This document shows, piece by piece, positions 1-7,986 of a stretch of DNA of 32,000 bases. The notes below the pieces were generated by a model. The model made no database searches. It saw only the letters and a program-made list of their open reading frames with translations, and had not been told where the DNA came from. Both the position numbers and the translations under genes were made by a program. The DNA is taken from positions 10,530 to 42,529 of the forward strand of contig JAMOQH010000095.1 in assembly GCA_027064085.1 (NCBI GenBank). Reading direction: 5' to 3'. Positions within the stretch are counted from its first letter, which is position 1. Each line of letters starts with the position of its first letter. This stretch comes from a bacterium (GTDB lineage: Bacteria > UBP6 > JAFGXH01).

Positions 1-18
1 TTAAATAAAATACTATAA

Positions 19-792
19 TTATTTAACTGTTTTTTCAATACATGCGTAAGCAGAGTGATTATGTATTGATTCAAAATTTTCAACTTGAACTCTAAACCAA
101 GTAATATTATCTAGCTCCATAACTCTTTGAGCCGCAGTTCTTACTATATCTTCAGCAAAACCAGGATTTTCATAAGCATGTTCAGTAACATGTTTTTCAT
201 CAACTCTTTTTAATAAAGAATACAGCTCACATGAACCTGATTTTTCTGCGACATCAATTAAATCCTCTAGCCATAAAAAATTAGTATATTTAGCTTCAAT
301 TGTTAAAATAGAGCGTTGATTATGAGCTCCATATTTAGAGATTTCCTTTGAACAAGGGCAAAGAGAGGTTATAGGAACTTCTACTTTTAAAATAAACTCT
401 CCTTTATCTTTTTTACAATTACCAATAAAAGAACATTGATAATTCATTATCCCTTTTATTTTACTTATTGGGGCTTCTTTTTCTATAAAATATGGGAATG
501 TTAATTCCATATAAGATTCTTCACTTTCTAACCTTTCTTGCATAACTTTAAGAACTTCTACCATATTTCCCATAGTGATTTTTTCATGAAACTCATTTAA
601 AACTTGCAAAAAACGGGACATGTGTGTTCCTTTACTGTTATGAGGCAAGTTTACAAACATTGATACATCTGCAACAGTGCGTTGTTTATTATTTTTTTTA
701 TCCAAAACGGTAATTGGATATTTTAAAGATTTTATTCCTACTTTATTTATAGCTAAATGTCTATTATCTTCATACTTTTGAACATCTTCCAT
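19..792 (-). CDS. folE2: GTP cyclohydrolase I type 2 (FolE2/MptA family)
   Basis: 257-aa ORF (coordinates include the stop). Motifs SKGTHMSRF and LCPCSKEIS..GAHNQRS are typical of FolE2. A GAGG Shine-Dalgarno-like sequence lies upstream of the ATG at 792. Confidence 0.85.
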   Translation of the reverse strand: MEDVQKYEDNRHLAINKVGIKSLKYPITVLDKKNNKQRTVADVSMFVNLPHNSKGTHMSRFLQVLNEFHEKITMGNMVEVLKVMQERLESEESYMELTFPYFIEKEAPISKIKGIMNYQCSFIGNCKKDKGEFILKVEVPITSLCPCSKEISKYGAHNQRSILTIEAKYTNFLWLEDLIDVAEKSGSCELYSLLKRVDEKHVTEHAYENPGFAEDIVRTAAQRVMELDNITWFRVQVENFESIHNHSAYACIEKTVK

Positions 793-897
793 TATTATTA
801 CCTCGTAAAATTAATTAATTTCAATCTTAATTAAAAGATTAGCTTACAAAATAGCAATTATTTATGAAAAATCAAGTTATTTATATAATCAGGAGGA

Positions 898-921
898 TTT
901 TTAAGCTTAAAATCTTAAAAA
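898..921 (+). repeat. Conserved-loop intergenic hairpin, copy 1 (TTTTTAAG|CTTAAAAT|CTTAAAAA)
   Basis: Perfect 8-bp inverted arms around an 8-nt loop. It shares the AG-CT(T)AAAAT-CT core with copies at 16143, 21992 and 30411. It contains the 14-bp perfect palindrome TTTTAAGCTTAAAA (899-912). Confidence 0.6.
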
Positions 922-926
922 TTGAA

Positions 927-965
927 AAATCAACTAATTTACTTTGTAAATGGATTTAATTTTTT
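927..965. terminator. Candidate bidirectional intrinsic terminator after the giant gene
   Basis: Inner stem ATTTAC(937-942)/GTAAAT(946-951) with loop TTT. Outer stem AAATC(927-931)/GATTT(953-957). The plus strand is followed by AATTTTTT; the minus strand is followed by TTCAATTTTT. The AT-rich stem is weak. Confidence 0.4.
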
Positions 966-3900
966 AGTAATTGCAATCTTCATCGTGACATAATGACATA
1001 TCATTACTGCTTCTAGGCATAATAACATAAGATGCATCATCAGATTTATCACCAGTTGTACAAATACCACCAGTGAGTTCATTAGTATTTTCACCATTTT
1101 CTAATGATAAACAAGTTTCAGCTCCATTACAATCAGTATTTTCGTTACAAGCGTCTTTACTTGCAGGAGAATTGTGTTCATATTTTAATACACCAGATAA
1201 AGTTCTTAAGGTTGTTTCATAATAATGACATTTACCTGCTCCACTATCATGACCTCTCACCATAATATGTTGACAATTATTATCACTAGTACAGTCATAT
1301 TCAGGCAATACAACAGGAGCACACTCACATATTTTACATAAAATAGGATTATAGTAATAAGCACAATTATCTTCATCATTCAGAAAATCATCACCGTCTA
1401 TATCCGGGTCACATTTATCGCCAATGTTATCACCATCAAAATCTGATTGAACAGGATTAAATACATTTGGACAATTATCAGAAACATCTTTTACACCATC
1501 CCAATCTTTATCACTAGTATAATCACATGCGTTACCCCAGTTTCCACTTCTTGGAGGAGGCATAGTTGCATTATATAATTTTTTACTATCTACAACACAA
1601 TCATCATTAATATCTAAATGATAACCACTATCACATGAACACTCTGCTACCCCCTGAATAACATTACAAATACTTTTATGACTTTCAGGACAAGTATTTG
1701 TTTCACATACTTCATCTATAATGCAACTATTTGCCACTCCATGGTAACCGCTATCACATGAACATTCTACTATTCCTCCAACAATATTACAAACAGTTTT
1801 ATGCTCTTCTGTGCAACTATCGTCTTCGCAAACTTCATCTATAACACATTCATTGTTTGCAAAATGGAAACCAGTATTGCATTCATCACAGTTGGCACCA
1901 CGATAGCCTTCATTGCAAGACCAATCACAACCAGTTATAGCATTCCAAGTACCGTCTTGATTTCTTGTAATAGTTCCATCACCATCTCCATTTAAACTTG
2001 CATTTGCAGGAATACTAGAAACATCACATGGTTTATCATAAGCTTGATCTAAATTTTCAACAGTTGGACAATTATCGTCTTCATTAACCCAACCGTCACC
2101 ATCTAAATCATTATCACAAGCATCACCTTTATTATCATGATCCATGTCTTCCTGATTTGGATTATAATCTAATATACAGTTATCAACACTATCTTTAACA
2201 CCATCATTATCTTGGTCATCAGTAGCTTGACAAGTATCCCCCACACCATTTTTATCTGTATCCTCTTGTATTAATTTAAACCCTCTTTTACAGTATTTAT
2301 TACAAGAAGTCCATGATTCCTTATTACAAGCATTATTTATACATTGTCCAGTACCTTTATTTAAAGAATAATCATTTGTTAATTCTTTATCAATATAGAA
2401 CTCTTCATCATAAGAATCTTTTAGTGTAGTTCTAAAATTATTAGAAGAAGCTGCATTTTCTATTACAGTATATGGTTTATTATCAACAGCGTTTATCAAT
2501 AATGATTCAAAACCTTCAGCTTTATTAGATTTATTTTTAAGTATTTGAGCAACTCTTATATCATAGTAATAAGGATCAAAAGGCTCTAGTTTTCTACAAA
2601 CATTATCTTCCAGATTACAATATTCATCACTTTTACAAACACTGCAATATTTCTCTTCATCTCCACTTCCACAAGGATAATGAGAATTTTCTTCATCACA
2701 ATAAACATTCATTCTATGAAAATAATCTTTTAAACTAATCGCCCTTGACATCCCGTAGTGATTTATGTATTCAACTGAAGTTATTATTTCATCGCCAGGT
2801 TTATAATCCTTATAGCTTTCATATTCGTCTTTACGAATAATTACATATATTCCTCTATATAAATAGGTACTTAAAGGACATAAGTCAATATTACTATCTG
2901 AATTTTGTTCACAACTTATAACTTCTCCATCATTATTATAAGTACAATTACAACCTCTAAAATAACCACCATCAACTTTGGGTGTTTGGGCATACAAATA
3001 AAACCCCAAACTTTTATTTATAGTATCATTATAAACGGCTAAAATTCTACCAGTAATACTATCTTTATATTTAGATGTTTTTATAGTGGTTTTATTATAC
3101 CCATGAAACTCTCTTATTTTATTAACTTCAGCTTGAACACAGTGCCCAGAAGCTTCTCCATCTTTTATTTCACATAAAGTAGAACCAGTTGCAGAATCTT
3201 CTATATTGGCAAAACAATCACTACTTCTATAACATGTTTTATATTCACAAACATGAGTTGTATTATTACATTGTTTATCATAACTACAATCTGTATTTTG
3301 ATTACAAGTACCATACACTAAAGAGCAACCAGACTCTAAACAAACTTCCCAAGGATTACAATTACCACATGAATTAGAAAAGTTTTCACATTGATGAGAA
3401 ACAGAACTACATAAAGAATATGCACCACAGTAATCATCTAAACTACAGTTAAAATTTGTTTCATCTGCAATACACATTCCATCCTTACAAATTTCCCAAG
3501 GTTGACATTCTACAAAACATTCATATTCATTTTTAACACAATCATGAAGCGAGGTATCACAAACTCTATCATCAGGACAATCACCATTATTATTACAAGC
3601 ATTTGTATCTAAAACACATTTCCAATTAGGGTCACAATGTTCCCAGTTATCACAGTCATCATCATCTTGACATGGTTTAGCAATTTCTTCTGATATACAA
3701 TCATGAGTTTCAGGGTCGCAAGTCATATTTCTTGGACAATCAGCTTTTACATTACATTTATCACTCATAAGCTCACAAGAATTAGTTTCAACAGAACAAA
3801 CTTCCCAAGAATCACATTCTGGAGTACAGCTGGAATTAACTTCAACACAGTTATGAGTATTTAAATCACAAGAAATTGAAGTTGTTTCATCAGTTGAGTT

Positions 3901-6900
3901 GCAACCATAATTTTCATATGGATTTTCACCTATATAAACCTGATCAGAACACCGTCCATCAGCTAACAAACATTTTTTGGCTTGATGAATGTGGTTATCA
4001 TTTTCATCATAATATGAGTAAACTTTACATTCTTCCCATTCATTACAAGGAGAATCACAGGCAAGCTTACAAGTATGAGTTTCTGTACTGCATTTTTTGC
4101 CACTTTCACAATTCAAATCACTCTCACATAATCCCTCAGTTAGTACACATTGACCATCATTACATTCTTGGTAATCAGCACATATAGGATTACATATTCT
4201 TTCACAACTATGCTCGGAATTACAAACTTGATTTTCTAAACAATCAGTAGTATTTCCACATCTGTTATCATCATTAACACACTCTCCTCTATCGTTACAG
4301 GATTCCCATGATTCACATACAGGATTACAAACAGCTACACATTCATGAGATAAAGGGTCACATGTTTTTACTCCATCACAATCAGAACTTGAATCACAAT
4401 GATCTTCTTTAGGAATACAGACATGACTACTTGAACAGTATTGCCATACTAAGCAATCATCATTATCAAAACATCCATTTGGCTGATCATTTACACAATT
4501 ATGATTTTCATTACATCTTTCATTATTGTTACATTGAGAATTATTCTCACAAAAGCCAGCATTTAGCTGACATTGCTCTGCTACACATCGTTCCCAGTCT
4601 TTACAATCTGGATTACAAACACTTCCATTTGGATTAGATTTACATGAATGACTACTTACATCACAATATTTATTGGACGGACAATCTCCTCCATCATTAC
4701 AACGATTAGAATTAACTAAACAATTATTACCACTACATATTTCCCATGCTTGGCAACTAACATTACAATTATTACTTTCGCATAGGTGACTTATTGCATC
4801 ACAACTTTCATTATTTTCACAATCATTATCATCGATACATCTATCATCTCTTGATTGACAATTATTACTAGAACATATTTCCCAAGGATTGCAAATAGGA
4901 TTGCAACCCGATGGGTCTGGATCTTGACATTCTTTATTTTTACAAACTTGCCCTCCACGACAATCACTTACATTAGTACAAGTTCCTTCTATATTTTTAC
5001 AAATATCACCTTCTGCACAATATTCCCATGATTTACAATCAGGAATGCAACTGTTTGATGGTTCTAATTTACAAGTATGACTCAATCTTGAACAATATTT
5101 ACCATCTCCACAATCATTATTCCTTAAACATCTTCCATTAGCTAATTCACATTGGTTAGTAATATTACATACTTCCCATGGTTTACAAAAAGGATCACAC
5201 GAATCTGAAGGATCCTCTTCACATGTATGAGTATCTAAATTACATGTAGCACTATATCCATAAGTTGTTCCACAATCTTCACTTCCATCACAATACTCTA
5301 TTTCTCCACAAGTATGATTTCTAGCATCACAAAATAATCCAGTTGCGCAATCAGAACTATCAGAACACCTATCTTCATTACTTGAGCAAGTTCCATCATT
5401 ATTACAAGTTTCCCAATCTTTACAAGAGGGAGTACAATTAGTATATTCACATAAATGACTTACTGAATTACACATTTTTCCATCTATACAATCATTATTT
5501 GAATCACATCTACCTGTTCTTACTTTACAATTGTTATTTGAACATACTTCCCAAGGATCACACAAAGGACTACATCCATTCGGGTCAGGCTCTTGGCATT
5601 CGTTATTATTGCAAACATCAGTTCCTGAACATTCACTAGTAGTAGAACAAGTTCCTTCTATTTTTTTACAAATATTACCCTCTGCACAATACTCTAAATC
5701 ACTACAAGCAGGAGCACAATCATTTGAAGGTTCATCCTTACAAGTATGAGTTAGCCTTGAACAATATTTACCATTTCCACATTCTGCATTAGTAGAACAT
5801 CTTCCGTCAGCCAATTCACATTGATTATTTATATTACACTCTTCATAAGGTTTACAAAATGGATCGCAATCACTTGATGGATCTTCTTTACAAACATGAG
5901 TAGTTAAATCACATGTGGCACTAAATCCGTATGTTGTTCCACAATCATCATCAGCATCACAAAAACCATCATTTACAGAACACTCTCCATTATCTTCACA
6001 AGTTCCCCAAGTATCACAATTTTCTGTACAATTATTTTCACATTTATGAGAACTTAAATCACATTTTTTACCATTTTTACAAGTTGAATCACTAGTGCAA
6101 TAATCATCATTATTTAAAATACAAGTTTTTCCATCAGGAGAACATTCCTCCCAATATTCACATTCTACTTCACATTCAGTTTCACATTTATGAGTCGCAA
6201 AATCACAAACAGAATCACCTAAGCAATCTTCAACTAAATTACAAGACCCCTGTGCTAGTTTACATCGACCATCTTCACAGTATTCCCATGAATTACAATC
6301 ATTATCTGTTTCACAAGCAGTATTATTTAGAGGTACACATTTATGTTCGGAATTACACTTTTCACCATTTGCACAATCAATATTTTCTGAACAATAGCCA
6401 ACAGCAGCAACACAGTTATCATGTCTATCACATGTTTGCCATAATTCGCATATTGGAGCACAAACACCAGGGTCCTTCTTACAAGTATGAGTATCGGGGT
6501 TACAAGTAAAACTAGTCGCTGTATTTCTTTCACAGCCTACTTTAGGATCACACCTTCCACTTGCAGTCACACAGGTTCCATCTTCATCACATGTTTGCCA
6601 GCCTTCACATTTAGGATTACAATTATCATATTCACATTTATGTTTATTATTACAAACTTGACCACTTTTGCAATCTGTAGCATCATTACAAAAATATCTG
6701 TCCTTGTCTGCCTTACAAACTTTATCTTCTGTACATATTTCCCATGAATTACACTCAGGTTGACAATTATATGTACATTTATGAGTTCTTGAGTCACATA
6801 TAGGCTTATCTTCTCCACAATCGTTATAAGTATTACAATATTCTTCTAGGGCAACACATTTATTGTTTAAATCACATCGCTCCCATGATTCACAACCAGG

Positions 6901-7149
6901 ATTACAACTTCCTAAACACCAATTTGTTTTCGTATCACAAGCCTGAGGATATTCACAATCTTGTTGAGCTTCACATCGACCTTCTTTAGGTAAACAACTT
7001 GATGTAACTTCCCCATAATCATCTTCAACAGAATTACATTGTTCCCAATCTTTACATTTTGGCTCACAATTTCCTATAGGTGTAACCGTATTACATGATT
7101 GAAAGTACAACAAGAAAAGCAGTATAAATGAAAAAAATAATTTCGCCAT
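964..7149 (-). CDS. Giant secreted cysteine-rich repeat protein with thrombospondin type-3-like and EGF-like modules (2061 aa)
   Basis: Uninterrupted 2061-aa ORF with an N-terminal hydrophobic signal (MAKLFFSFILLFLLYFQSC). About 25 tandem ~45-aa modules span aa ~28-1338, each with 8 Cys (CxPxCxxWExC..C..GxC....DC.....C....HxC). A Cys-poor insert covers aa ~1339-1600. TSP3-like DxDxDGxxDxxDNC repeats lie at aa 1629-1700 and 1876-1930. EGF-signature units lie at aa 1741-1851. An AGGGGG SD sits about 6 nt upstream of the ATG. Confidence 0.9.
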   Translation of the reverse strand: MAKLFFSFILLFLLYFQSCNTVTPIGNCEPKCKDWEQCNSVEDDYGEVTSSCLPKEGRCEAQQDCEYPQACDTKTNWCLGSCNPGCESWERCDLNNKCVALEEYCNTYNDCGEDKPICDSRTHKCTYNCQPECNSWEICTEDKVCKADKDRYFCNDATDCKSGQVCNNKHKCEYDNCNPKCEGWQTCDEDGTCVTASGRCDPKVGCERNTATSFTCNPDTHTCKKDPGVCAPICELWQTCDRHDNCVAAVGYCSENIDCANGEKCNSEHKCVPLNNTACETDNDCNSWEYCEDGRCKLAQGSCNLVEDCLGDSVCDFATHKCETECEVECEYWEECSPDGKTCILNNDDYCTSDSTCKNGKKCDLSSHKCENNCTENCDTWGTCEDNGECSVNDGFCDADDDCGTTYGFSATCDLTTHVCKEDPSSDCDPFCKPYEECNINNQCELADGRCSTNAECGNGKYCSRLTHTCKDEPSNDCAPACSDLEYCAEGNICKKIEGTCSTTSECSGTDVCNNNECQEPDPNGCSPLCDPWEVCSNNNCKVRTGRCDSNNDCIDGKMCNSVSHLCEYTNCTPSCKDWETCNNDGTCSSNEDRCSDSSDCATGLFCDARNHTCGEIEYCDGSEDCGTTYGYSATCNLDTHTCEEDPSDSCDPFCKPWEVCNITNQCELANGRCLRNNDCGDGKYCSRLSHTCKLEPSNSCIPDCKSWEYCAEGDICKNIEGTCTNVSDCRGGQVCKNKECQDPDPSGCNPICNPWEICSSNNCQSRDDRCIDDNDCENNESCDAISHLCESNNCNVSCQAWEICSGNNCLVNSNRCNDGGDCPSNKYCDVSSHSCKSNPNGSVCNPDCKDWERCVAEQCQLNAGFCENNSQCNNNERCNENHNCVNDQPNGCFDNDDCLVWQYCSSSHVCIPKEDHCDSSSDCDGVKTCDPLSHECVAVCNPVCESWESCNDRGECVNDDNRCGNTTDCLENQVCNSEHSCERICNPICADYQECNDGQCVLTEGLCESDLNCESGKKCSTETHTCKLACDSPCNEWEECKVYSYYDENDNHIHQAKKCLLADGRCSDQVYIGENPYENYGCNSTDETTSISCDLNTHNCVEVNSSCTPECDSWEVCSVETNSCELMSDKCNVKADCPRNMTCDPETHDCISEEIAKPCQDDDDCDNWEHCDPNWKCVLDTNACNNNGDCPDDRVCDTSLHDCVKNEYECFVECQPWEICKDGMCIADETNFNCSLDDYCGAYSLCSSVSHQCENFSNSCGNCNPWEVCLESGCSLVYGTCNQNTDCSYDKQCNNTTHVCEYKTCYRSSDCFANIEDSATGSTLCEIKDGEASGHCVQAEVNKIREFHGYNKTTIKTSKYKDSITGRILAVYNDTINKSLGFYLYAQTPKVDGGYFRGCNCTYNNDGEVISCEQNSDSNIDLCPLSTYLYRGIYVIIRKDEYESYKDYKPGDEIITSVEYINHYGMSRAISLKDYFHRMNVYCDEENSHYPCGSGDEEKYCSVCKSDEYCNLEDNVCRKLEPFDPYYYDIRVAQILKNKSNKAEGFESLLINAVDNKPYTVIENAASSNNFRTTLKDSYDEEFYIDKELTNDYSLNKGTGQCINNACNKESWTSCNKYCKRGFKLIQEDTDKNGVGDTCQATDDQDNDGVKDSVDNCILDYNPNQEDMDHDNKGDACDNDLDGDGWVNEDDNCPTVENLDQAYDKPCDVSSIPANASLNGDGDGTITRNQDGTWNAITGCDWSCNEGYRGANCDECNTGFHFANNECVIDEVCEDDSCTEEHKTVCNIVGGIVECSCDSGYHGVANSCIIDEVCETNTCPESHKSICNVIQGVAECSCDSGYHLDINDDCVVDSKKLYNATMPPPRSGNWGNACDYTSDKDWDGVKDVSDNCPNVFNPVQSDFDGDNIGDKCDPDIDGDDFLNDEDNCAYYYNPILCKICECAPVVLPEYDCTSDNNCQHIMVRGHDSGAGKCHYYETTLRTLSGVLKYEHNSPASKDACNENTDCNGAETCLSLENGENTNELTGGICTTGDKSDDASYVIMPRSSNDMSLCHDEDCNY
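1360..2265 (-). other. Eukaryote-like adhesion cassette inside the giant gene: TSP3 block / EGF-like units / TSP3 block
   Basis: TSP3-like block at 2050-2265 (DQDNDGVKDSVDNC..DHDNKGDACDNDLDGDGWVNEDDNCP). EGF-like units at 1597-1929 (SCNEGYRGANCDECNTGFHFANNEC; two tandem 40-aa units ending CSCDSGYHGVANSC and CSCDSGYHLDINDDC). TSP3-like block at 1360-1524 (DKDWDGVKDVSDNCPNVFNPVQSDFDGDNIGDKCDPDIDGDDFLNDEDNC). Confidence 0.7.
4774..5292 (-). repeat. Segmental duplication, copy B (aa 620-792 of the giant protein)
   Basis: The block CDGSEDCGTTYGYSATCNLDTHTCEEDPSDSCDPFCKPWEVCNITNQCELANGRC... is collinear with copy A at an offset of 223 aa. The DNA is visibly similar but diverged. Confidence 0.75.
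5443..5961 (-). repeat. Segmental duplication, copy A (aa 397-569 of the giant protein)
   Basis: The block CDADDDCGTTYGFSATCDLTTHVCKEDPSSDCDPFCKPYEECNINNQCELADGRC... is collinear with aa 620-792. It is far more similar to that block than to other modules. Confidence 0.75.
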
Positions 7150-7184
7150 TAGAACCCCCTAAAGATATCTACATACATAGTTTT

Positions 7185-7213
7185 ATACTAATATAAAAAT
7201 ATTATTTTCGCAA
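7185..7213 (-). promoter_or_regulatory. Candidate sigma70-type promoter of the giant gene (TTGCGA-17-TAGTAT)
   Basis: On the minus strand, TTGCGA (7213-7208), a 17-nt spacer, then TAGTAT (7190-7185). The predicted leader to ATG 7149 is about 30 nt. In AT-rich DNA the -10 hexamer has low information. Confidence 0.3.
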
Positions 7214-7316
7214 GTAAAATAGTCTTAATGTCTATATTATCAACAAATTAAATATACTTAGATTAACAGTGAATACAATTTCAACACTATTCTATATGTA
7301 TTTATTTTTATAATTT

Positions 7317-7985
7317 TTATTTTTTATAGGCTTCAATTATTGATATATCAATAATTTTATCCATTATTGGAGTTTGAGAAATATCCTTAAAGTTAACTTC
7401 ATCTAAAAGTTTAAAATAATTACCATTTAACCCATCTTCAACAAAAAATGGATTCGGGACATATTTAAATAACTCAATATATTTTTTTAAACCAGTTTGA
7501 TTAGAAACATCAACAATTATAAGTTTGCCTCCAGGTTTTAAAACTCTATATAATTCTTTTAAAGCATAAGGTTTTATCGTTTTAGGAATATAACTAAATA
7601 AAAAAATCGCTACAATTTTATCAAAATAATTATCATCATAAGGAATATTCTCAGCCAAGGCCTCTTCTAATTTTATATTAAGACTTTCATCCTCCAATTT
7701 CCTTTTAGCAATCCTTAACATTTCTTTAGAACCGTCAATATCATAAATATCAAGTGTTGGATTTTCATTTTTTAGAAAAATTGAAAACGATGATGTACCA
7801 GAACCAATATCTAAAACTTTTTCATAATCCTTAGGAGCTAAATATGATTCTACTTTTTTAAAGAAGTCTTTATTTATTTTAAAAATATTTTTCATAACAA
7901 AATCATATAAATTTATATTAAAATAATCATTAATTAGAACTGCCCCAAGCTTATTCTCAAATTTTTTCTGTAAAAACCAAGTCAT
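7317..7985 (-). CDS. Class I SAM-dependent methyltransferase
   Basis: 222 aa. Motif I is VLDIGSGTSSFSIFL. An acidic residue ends beta2 (IYDIDGS). The post-I/II region is LKPGGKLIIVD. The start lies 1 nt after the upstream stop. Confidence 0.8.
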   Translation of the reverse strand: MTWFLQKKFENKLGAVLINDYFNINLYDFVMKNIFKINKDFFKKVESYLAPKDYEKVLDIGSGTSSFSIFLKNENPTLDIYDIDGSKEMLRIAKRKLEDESLNIKLEEALAENIPYDDNYFDKIVAIFLFSYIPKTIKPYALKELYRVLKPGGKLIIVDVSNQTGLKKYIELFKYVPNPFFVEDGLNGNYFKLLDEVNFKDISQTPIMDKIIDISIIEAYKK

Positions 7986-7986
7986 G

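Larger units (their letters stand above)
3136..7068 (-). repeat. Coding array of ~25 tandem 8-Cys modules inside the giant gene
   Basis: I counted 25 occurrences of the W[EQG]xC-type half-module motif (DWEQC, SWERC, SWEIC ... PWEVC). About 1 residue in 7 is Cys in the stretch I counted (aa 1-130). The repeats are diverged at DNA level. Confidence 0.8.

Noticed and set aside
823-840. Hairpin AATCTT-AATTAA-AAGATT in the folE2 leader as a possible folate or preQ-type riboswitch.
   Set aside because: It is a single short AT-only stem with no conserved riboswitch core features that I can recognise. It is most likely chance or simple leader structure.
1801-6818. Nine ORF-track entries inside the giant gene. 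Plus strand: 1801-1995, 3189-3377, 3876-4187, 4431-4637, 5531-5749, 6252-6509 and 6487-6747. Minus strand, out of frame: 6327-6533 and 6567-6818.
   Set aside because: They are shadow frames of a 6.2-kb uninterrupted ORF with clear repeat and domain structure. Their translations are low-complexity (H/Y/N/I-rich), with no SD and no recognisable motifs.
964-7149. The periodic DNA repetition in the giant gene could be mistaken for a CRISPR array or a satellite.
   Set aside because: The periodicity is in-frame (~135 nt protein modules) and the copies are diverged at DNA level. There is no alternation of identical repeats with unique spacers. The whole region is a single ORF.
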